A DNA stretch of 46,474 nucleotides from Vulcanimicrobiales bacterium (GTDB lineage Bacteria > Vulcanimicrobiota > Vulcanimicrobiia > Vulcanimicrobiales > Vulcanimicrobiaceae): contig JBBRLI010000024.1 in NCBI GenBank assembly GCA_038231455.1, forward strand, positions 1-46,474, written 5' to 3'. This document shows positions 40,029 through 46,474 of the stretch, piece after piece. The position numbers and the translations under genes are program-made. Each line of letters begins with the position of its first letter. Within the stretch, counting starts at the first letter, position 1. The notes under the pieces are model-generated. The model worked only from the letters and a program-made list of their open reading frames with translations, was not told the origin of the DNA and made no database searches.

Positions 40029-41027
40029 ATGAAGCAAAAACGACTGGGCCGTACGGGCCTCATGGTTTCGGAAGTGTGCCTCGGCACGATGACGTTCGGG
40101 AATCAGTGCGACGAATCAACATCGCATGAGATCATGGATTTGGCCGCGGCAAGTGGCGTGACGTTTATCGACGTTGCCGACATGTATCCGATCCCGACGA
40201 AACTCGAAACGGTCGGACGCTCGGAAGAGTATGTCGGAAACTGGCTCAAAGGTCGTCGCGATGATTATGTGCTTGCGACGAAGTGCTACTTTCCGACTGG
40301 CCCGCATCCCAACGATAAAGGCAACGGCCGCCGACACGTGATCCGCGCGCTCGAAGATTCGCTGCGCCGCTTACAGACCGATTACGTCGATCTGTTTTAC
40401 ATCCACCACTGGGATGAAGGTACTCCGATCGAAGAGACGCTCGACGCCTTCGATACGCTCCGTCGCGATGGAAAAATCCGTTACGGTGGCTGCAGCAACG
40501 TTACGGGCTATCAGCTGCTCACGTCGCTCTGGGCAAGCGATAAACGCGGACTCGCGCGCTTTGATGCCGTGCAGCCGCGTTACAATTTGCTGTATCGCGA
40601 ACTCGAACGCGAACTCTTCGCCGGCGCGAACCAACACGAAGTCGGTATCGTTGCATACAACCCACTTGCGGGCGGCGTACTTACCGGCAAATATGCGCCG
40701 GGCAGCGCGATGCCGAAAGACGGGCGCTTCACCCTGGGTATGTCAGGCGAGACCTATCGCGCGCGCTATTTTCAAGATGCCCAACTGGAAATCGTCAAGA
40801 ACCTTGCAGATGAGGTGAAGTCGCGCGGCAAATCGATCACGCACGTTGCGCTACGGTGGGTGCTCGACCGGCCGGAAATAACCAGCGCCATTCTGGGTGC
40901 AACGAGCGCCGCGCAGTTCGCCGATTCAATCGGCGGCGTCGATGTCATACTCGACGAGCACGACAAAGCTGCGTGCGACTCCGCTTGGTGGGCCGTGCCG
41001 CGCCGTCCGCCGGGAGAAGAGCGCTAG
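40029..41027 (+). CDS. Aldo/keto reductase
   Basis: LGRTGL.VS..CLGTMTFG, D.ADMY, LATK, SLRRLQTDYVDL..IH, Q.RYNLL.RE, PLAGG.LTGKY. Confidence 0.93.
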   Translation: MKQKRLGRTGLMVSEVCLGTMTFGNQCDESTSHEIMDLAAASGVTFIDVADMYPIPTKLETVGRSEEYVGNWLKGRRDDYVLATKCYFPTGPHPNDKGNGRRHVIRALEDSLRRLQTDYVDLFYIHHWDEGTPIEETLDAFDTLRRDGKIRYGGCSNVTGYQLLTSLWASDKRGLARFDAVQPRYNLLYRELERELFAGANQHEVGIVAYNPLAGGVLTGKYAPGSAMPKDGRFTLGMSGETYRARYFQDAQLEIVKNLADEVKSRGKSITHVALRWVLDRPEITSAILGATSAAQFADSIGGVDVILDEHDKAACDSAWWAVPRRPPGEER

Positions 41028-41134
41028 AGTTGGTAGGACGTCGGTAAGACGGGTTCTTGCGGATCGTCGACGTCGTCGATTGGATTCTGTTGCGGGGCGT
41101 CGGGATCGTCGATGACGGGTTCTTGTGGGTTCAT
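41024..41134 (-). CDS. Possible 36-aa acidic Pro/Asp-rich micro-protein
   Basis: Hand-translated MNPQEPVIDDPDAPQQNPIDDVDDPQEPVLPTSYQL; below the ORF-track cutoff; weak SD. Confidence 0.4.
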   Translation of the reverse strand: MNPQEPVIDDPDAPQQNPIDDVDDPQEPVLPTSYQL

Positions 41135-41185
41135 GTCAACCGCGTTCCGCAATCGACCTGGAGATAAACGGAACCCGGCTCGTTG

Positions 41186-41470
41186 CTAACGGTGGACTTG
41201 CGCGCCCGCCGCTCCTCGCACCGTGCTCGCCGGCGCATGTCCGGTTAGAGCGGCGTAGAGCGCGATGCCAGTCTCGGTGATGATGCCGGGCTTGCCAGTG
41301 ATCGAGGGGTTGATGGCCTGCACTTGCGCGATGCCGCTGCCTGCGGTGCTCAAGACATCCGGCGGATAGAGGTGCATGTCGTTGAAGCCCGGTCCTGCGA
41401 TGCCGTCGGTACCGGCTATGAAGCTCGGCAATGACCAATCCGCACTTCCGGTGCCGACGCACTTACGTGA
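41186..41470 (-). pseudogene. Possible glycoside hydrolase (clan GH-A-like) fragment
   Basis: DMHLY...GKPGIITETG resembles the beta6/beta7 nucleophile region; no plausible N-terminus; sits at the compositional junction. Confidence 0.4.
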
Positions 41471-41510
41471 TTCTGAATCGTCCAATTCTAACAAAATAGA
41501 TTTGCTAAGG

Positions 41511-44500
41511 TCAGTATTTTTTATCACCGAGTCCAACGTAGAAACCAACTTCCTTGGCATAATTGATATTAGTACCGCTACCAACCTCGATGCCGAGGCT
41601 TTGAACCTGTGATTCGGTGAGCGACGATACCTGTGCGCATATTTTCAGTGCGTCCAGAAGACTCGGGTCGTCGAACTTGAGCGAGTACCATGTAGCGCGT
41701 CCGTCGTGCCGGACGATGGTAACTCCATCCACGACGCCTACCGCGCTGCCAAGAAAATACGCTTTTAGACGGTCAAGCGTATATTGGACGGCGTCACGTA
41801 ATTCACTGGGGCATACCGTTTTTTCAGACACAAAAAATGGATCTGCCGGGGCAACCCCGCTGAACGCGGTCACGTTCGTTGTTCGTCGTACCGTTCGTCG
41901 CGGATCAAGGGTTACGTACAATCCAATTGACGGAGAATAAATCAACTCGTACGGCACGCCCTCAGTCGCACTTGGTATATATCCGCCGTGCGCGAGCACT
42001 TCTTGGGAGAGCGCCGCGTAAAACGTGGAGCATGAAAAAATCGCAATCTGGATAGAAGCTTTCGTCCCGGATATGAGCAATGCCGGCTTGCCATCAACGT
42101 TCTGCCGCAGTATTGCTTTCTCACCGTTAGGCAGCGTGTAAACCGGAACGTATTTTCCGCTCGCGACATAGTTTGAGAGTGCATCGAGTACGGCTTTTGC
42201 AAGTGAGGCTTGCTCAGGTCCACACTCGGAGTTGTTACGGTCCACAGCAAACGGTGTTTGACTCGGGCGGTCAGGCATTTGCGGTGTCGTAATTTCGGTC
42301 GAGGTCGGCAAGAGGTCATCGTTGCCGCTTTGATTTGTTGGCCTCGATGGAGCCCCAATTTGTACTTGATAAGAGAGGCTGAGCGTCCTTGGGCGCAACG
42401 GAGATACCGGAGGATTTACTGCCCCGACCCCCGCTACGAAAAATGCTGCGCTCTTTTGAGCATTCGAAAAGACATTCGTATTTTTGTTGAATATGTTGGA
42501 CGCCGTGAGTGCGAGTTGACCTCGACCGCGCGCAGCAATACCAACATCGTAAACGTCATAGGCTGGCAAATAGGCTGGGTTGTTTGCGTCAACATGACGC
42601 CATATAAAGGCGGCCTCGACGCGCTGCGACGGTGCTTTCCATTCAAGCGCGGCTCCAAATCGGTTCAACGGGACCCCGAGGATTTGTGACCCACGGACGA
42701 TCGATGTGCCAGCCAGAGTTATGACGGGAACAGAACGTGTATACGAATAGAACGGCTGGATGGTGATGTTTCCGGCGACGACTTTAGCAGTCACAGAGGC
42801 ACCGTCATAAATCGCGGTTTGCTCGTTTTGCGCCACGAGCACGAGGTTGTCTGCTCTTACGGGGCGATTCGTTCCGCAGATTGCCGGCGATGAGTAAGCC
42901 TTCGATAAATCAGATAGGTAATCCGGACCGATTGTCCCGGGCGCCAAGGCGCCGCCGCCGACCCACCCGCTCACTAGGGCGCCGTGCAGCACCTGGTGGT
43001 AGACAGATACGTCGTAGTTGAGTGCCGTGTCACGGTGCGAAAGTGAAAGCCTTGCATCAGTGGACTCCGATGCTTCATTTGATGAGCTGGGCGCCGACCC
43101 AAATGCCGCACCGGATCGACAATCAAATGTGAGTGAAGCAACGTCCGAAAGTCCTTGACGTGCGTCGGAGGGGAGGGAGACGGTGCCCAGCGCGAGCGAT
43201 GCGGTAAGTCGGTCGCGCCGATCCAGGTTCCACAGCCCCGACGTGTTCACGAGGGGAGTTCCACGCGTTCCGGTAGCTCTATTCGTGCCAACTTTTAATG
43301 ACAACGAAGCGCGGTCGCTCAGCCCAATTGATTCGCTGAGGAGTAACGAGCTATATGAAGTGGCCTCCTGTCCGGCCCCAGCGACTAATTGGCCAATCGT
43401 CGCTGCTCCGCGCCCGGATGTCGTATACGTTAGCCCCTGCAGACTAAGATGAGATCGGCCTGCGGACAAGAGAGAAGCATCCAGAGTGTATCCGCCTACT
43501 CGCGATGCGAAATTAGAGATGATTGGAGTCGGCGCACCCAAAAATGCTCGGTTCGGCCGGGCGTCATCGCCTGAGACATTGCTTACCGATGCACCGATCG
43601 CGAGACTCAACGATCCGATAAGCGATCTGTCCTTGACTTGATACGTATCGAGCCTTTGACTTGTCAGTGCGTCGGGCCCGTAGCCGCAAGGTGTAAGACC
43701 AATTGGGAACAGGCAATAGTCATCCGAGTTGAAGTGCGATGAGAGAAGGGTGGCCGTCAACACATTTCTAGACGTAAGAGGTGCACGGAGCTTGAGTACG
43801 TCGGCAGAGCTTCGTGATGCGGCATGATGGGTGTAGAAACTGCCTGTTTCATCGAAGTATGCGGACGAATCTGTCAGCGCAACATCGGATTGAGAAGCGT
43901 GTCCAACCGAAAATCCTAGAAAGCCGATCGTTCCACGGGCGAAGGCTGACGTCGCGCTCTGCCCAATGGACCCGGAACGGGCTTTCGCAAAGTAGGAATA
44001 GGCGAGCGTCGGATCCGGCACGTGCAAGTCGAGTGTCCCCCCCTGCCCGTATGCCGAAGAGCCACCCCCTGATGTTGCCGCATCGAAGATTCCACCCGGA
44101 AAGGCTCGCAAATTCGGGACACTTCCTGGTCGCACCACGGGGATGCCATCGACGAGCAGACCACTTTGGCTTGCCGCGTGGCCATTAATCGAGAATGCGT
44201 TCGAAGCGCCAGCCGTATCTAAGGAGAAAACGTCTGGATTCGTGCTAAGCGAACTTGCCACGTCGTCTGTTGATCGCGCACTTACGCTGATCTCGCCGCG
44301 ATGCGGATCGTAGGACGGGCGGGTGACAGTGCGCACGGCTCCAATTACGCCGATTTTACGACTAAGCGTAACCGAAACCTCAACGCTTGTGCCAGATTCA
44401 ACGCGAACTGATTTGATGGGCGTATCCGCATAGCCCGTTTTCGCAGCATATCCGGAATACGTTCCCGGCGTTACGAAGAACGTGACCGCTCCTTCACGAC

Positions 44501-44687
44501 TGGTAAGTCCGCTAAGGGGCTCATCTCCATGCAAGAAAACTTTGGAAAGCGGAATTACCGCGTGTGTTTCGGCATCGGTAATCGTAATTTTGAGGCGCGC
44601 ATTCTCGTTTGCCAGAGCGTTCGGCGTATTCCCGCAAGCGAGCAAAAACGAAAAAATAATCGCGCCAATGCGCGCCGAAAACGGCAA
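41511..44687 (-). CDS. TonB-dependent-receptor-like outer membrane protein with N-terminal carboxypeptidase-regulatory-like domain and C-terminal extension
   Basis: Signal peptide, PGTY..A.KTGY, plug-like FSINGH...LLVDGIP...GGTLDL, amphipathic strands, LPAY.VYD, N.FNK, PRTLSLSY. Confidence 0.78.
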   Translation of the reverse strand: MPFSARIGAIIFSFLLACGNTPNALANENARLKITITDAETHAVIPLSKVFLHGDEPLSGLTSREGAVTFFVTPGTYSGYAAKTGYADTPIKSVRVESGTSVEVSVTLSRKIGVIGAVRTVTRPSYDPHRGEISVSARSTDDVASSLSTNPDVFSLDTAGASNAFSINGHAASQSGLLVDGIPVVRPGSVPNLRAFPGGIFDAATSGGGSSAYGQGGTLDLHVPDPTLAYSYFAKARSGSIGQSATSAFARGTIGFLGFSVGHASQSDVALTDSSAYFDETGSFYTHHAASRSSADVLKLRAPLTSRNVLTATLLSSHFNSDDYCLFPIGLTPCGYGPDALTSQRLDTYQVKDRSLIGSLSLAIGASVSNVSGDDARPNRAFLGAPTPIISNFASRVGGYTLDASLLSAGRSHLSLQGLTYTTSGRGAATIGQLVAGAGQEATSYSSLLLSESIGLSDRASLSLKVGTNRATGTRGTPLVNTSGLWNLDRRDRLTASLALGTVSLPSDARQGLSDVASLTFDCRSGAAFGSAPSSSNEASESTDARLSLSHRDTALNYDVSVYHQVLHGALVSGWVGGGALAPGTIGPDYLSDLSKAYSSPAICGTNRPVRADNLVLVAQNEQTAIYDGASVTAKVVAGNITIQPFYSYTRSVPVITLAGTSIVRGSQILGVPLNRFGAALEWKAPSQRVEAAFIWRHVDANNPAYLPAYDVYDVGIAARGRGQLALTASNIFNKNTNVFSNAQKSAAFFVAGVGAVNPPVSPLRPRTLSLSYQVQIGAPSRPTNQSGNDDLLPTSTEITTPQMPDRPSQTPFAVDRNNSECGPEQASLAKAVLDALSNYVASGKYVPVYTLPNGEKAILRQNVDGKPALLISGTKASIQIAIFSCSTFYAALSQEVLAHGGYIPSATEGVPYELIYSPSIGLYVTLDPRRTVRRTTNVTAFSGVAPADPFFVSEKTVCPSELRDAVQYTLDRLKAYFLGSAVGVVDGVTIVRHDGRATWYSLKFDDPSLLDALKICAQVSSLTESQVQSLGIEVGSGTNINYAKEVGFYVGLGDKKY

Positions 44688-44689
44688 CG

Positions 44690-45340
44690 TTACAGTAAGG
44701 TCGGCGCGAGGAGATCAGCCTGTCCGTGCACATCCATCGGATCTGTGTTGGAAATCGAAGGCCATATAAAGGCAGTGTGAGCGGTGGTGTCGTTCCGAAA
44801 AACGCTTGCACGCAATTGACGGAACGGAGCTTCCGGCTGATAAAGAGCGGCGAACGGAATTTCAAAGGTCGCAGTCCATGAGATCGGTGTCGTCTCAACC
44901 GAAGACTTCCAATTCCCATTTGCTTCGTGATAGAAGCCTAGATTTGCGTTCAGACCTTTCGGATTCACCAAGAAAATTGCTGTACCGGGTTTCCGTGATT
45001 CTTTGCTTGTGCTTACAGCTATCGCTATATAGTCGCCCTTTTGAATTTTAGTCGCATCAAGCGGCGATAAGGCTTTTGCCACGACCTCCGCAGAGGTACA
45101 TCTTGCTAGCAAGCGCGACGTTGAATACGCGAACCGGCAGGTTGTTTTTATCGCTGCTGCGCCTCGTGTAATGATGTCATGAAAATCAGTAATCGGCTCT
45201 ATATCGTCCCACCCTTCACCGTGTGAAAGTCGATCCGCAATCGTTTCGGATATCGCTACGGCTGGGGATCGAACCGCTGCGGACGACGGCGCCGACGACC
45301 CAGCGATGAGAACAGCGACCGCGAGGATGAGCACTTTCAC
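44690..45340 (-). CDS. Secreted CBM9/DOMON-like protein
   Basis: AAGGAAG SD and GTG start, signal peptide; F.VNP.G and W.ATFEIPF..L......FR motifs recall the CBM9/DOMON-like fold. Confidence 0.6.
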   Translation of the reverse strand: MKVLILAVAVLIAGSSAPSSAAVRSPAVAISETIADRLSHGEGWDDIEPITDFHDIITRGAAAIKTTCRFAYSTSRLLARCTSAEVVAKALSPLDATKIQKGDYIAIAVSTSKESRKPGTAIFLVNPKGLNANLGFYHEANGNWKSSVETTPISWTATFEIPFAALYQPEAPFRQLRASVFRNDTTAHTAFIWPSISNTDPMDVHGQADLLAPTLL

Positions 45341-45374
45341 GTTATTTCTTCCTTGGCAGAAGGTTACAAATCGA

Positions 45375-45413
45375 AATGGCGGACGTGGAGCACCATCGCC
45401 CACGCCCGCCATT
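45375..45413 (-). promoter_or_regulatory. Strong intergenic stem-loop after the peptide gene
   Basis: On the minus strand, AATGGCGGGCGTGG-11 nt-CCACGTCCGCCATT: a 14-bp stem with one G-U pair and only a weak U-tract. Confidence 0.7.
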
Positions 45414-45423
45414 GACTAACTAC

Positions 45424-45612
45424 TTAAGGTGTGCCACCGACGCCTGGGCCGCAGTGGATTTTCAAGACGCTATGGCAGCCGCCCCCATTTGGGTCGCACA
45501 CGAGAGTGGAGTCAAATGTGCACCCCGCCAGAGCCGCGGCCTGGACACCTAGTAAAGACAAGAACGCAATACTTAATACAAGAGAACTCTTAGTTATGAA
45601 CTTCTTCAGCAT
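45424..45612 (-). CDS. Small secreted four-cysteine peptide (62 aa precursor)
   Basis: GGAGG SD; signal peptide MLKK...AAALA; mature GCTFDSTLVCDPNGGGCHSVLKIHCGPGVGGTP. Confidence 0.75.
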   Translation of the reverse strand: MLKKFITKSSLVLSIAFLSLLGVQAAALAGCTFDSTLVCDPNGGGCHSVLKIHCGPGVGGTP

Positions 45613-46074
45613 ATTTATGGCCTCCAAAGGCGAATTGAAGCAAGCAATGCCCGAATTGCAACGCTTTCAGATTTTCGTACTCTACAGCCCACACCTGATT
45701 CGACTATGCACCCGAGCATTCAAACGAGTTGCACATGAAGTAAATTCGTACCTCTCGACTCACGCGGTGACGAATTAGCGATCCAAATAAACTACTATTT
45801 ATTTGAGGACTTCCGTACAATTATACCGTTGCCAAAAAAGCAATCGAAACAAATGTCCGATAGGAGATTTTCGGATCGCGTCAATCTACGAACTTCCATA
45901 GGGCAAAGACTCGACCACTTTTGGGCACGTTATCAAAAAAATCGGGAACAGCTTTGGCGCATCTAAGGAATGCTCCTAACTGCTTATAAATTTCTTCCTG
46001 TAAATCAGAAAGCGATAATGACCGGTAGGCGGGTTTCCGGTGTAGTATCAAAACGTCAGAATGACACAGTCGCG

Positions 46075-46317
46075 TTAGGACGCTGCACGCTCGGGGATAC
46101 AGAATGAACCAGAGGGCGCCTCAAGGACGTTGAGCGCAATTGCTCGGGCTACCAATTGAGCACGACTCCGTGCGTCAAATCGGGCGAAGAGCTGCCGAAT
46201 GTGGGTTTCGATCGTTGGCGGCTTTCGCCCGAGAGTAGCGCTGAGCTCTTTTGTCTGCATCCCATCAGCCAAACCCTGAATAATTGCCAATTCAAGCGGC
46301 GACAGACGCTCGCGCAT
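46075..46317 (-). CDS. Stand-alone LuxR/GerE-type HTH regulator (start uncertain, up to 46419)
   Basis: LSPLELAIIQGLADGMQTKELSATLG...TIETHIRQLFARFDARSRAQLV. Confidence 0.85.
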   Translation of the reverse strand: MRERLSPLELAIIQGLADGMQTKELSATLGRKPPTIETHIRQLFARFDARSRAQLVARAIALNVLEAPSGSFCIPERAAS

Positions 46318-46474
46318 TGACGAGCCCAGAAACTGAGACAACGTAGACACCCCCACGACGTTTAGCTCTTCGCGGTCGCTTTTTTGCTCGACGCTTGGGC
46401 TTCCCTTCCTCGGTAACACGACGAGCCGCGAAATTCAGAACCGTGTGGACCTTGTCGTAACGTTCGGCGCGCAC

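Noticed and set aside
45424-45612. Assignment of the 4-Cys peptide to bufferins or another known RiPP class
   Set aside because: Cys spacing and motifs differ from those I recall, and no MNIO/DUF692, radical SAM or other maturase gene is in the window.
41470-46474. Prophage or transposon call for the lower-GC block
   Set aside because: No integrase, transposase, terminal repeats or phage genes are visible within the window.

Overview
GC-rich bacterial chromosome segment, probably from a diderm soil or aquatic lineage such as Eremiobacterota/Vulcanimicrobiota (inferred from gene content and protein style, not verified). It opens with a tRNA-Gln/tRNA-Glu pair, sugar-nucleotide and glycosyltransferase genes, pcrA and a lysine/DAP cluster (dapB-asd-aspartokinase-dapA). 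A riboflavin cluster follows, split by a lipoprotein metallopeptidase; its ribBA carries an N-terminal XRE HTH domain behind an apparently leaderless promoter with a palindrome over the -35. After mtnA and holA comes a mosaic purine cluster: an animal-PAICS-like PurC with a degenerate PurE domain, a tandem PurS and two archaeal-type PurP paralogues. Next are a three-gene thiocyanate-hydrolase-like (scnBAC-order) operon and an aldo-keto reductase. The right end is a lower-GC island encoding a LuxR-type HTH, a small secreted 4-Cys peptide, a CBM9/DOMON-like protein and a TonB-dependent-receptor-like protein with a duplicated C-terminal domain. The best novelty candidates are the HTH-RibBA autoregulatory module and the peptide/TBDT/LuxR island. 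All family assignments are by eye from motifs; no searches were run.
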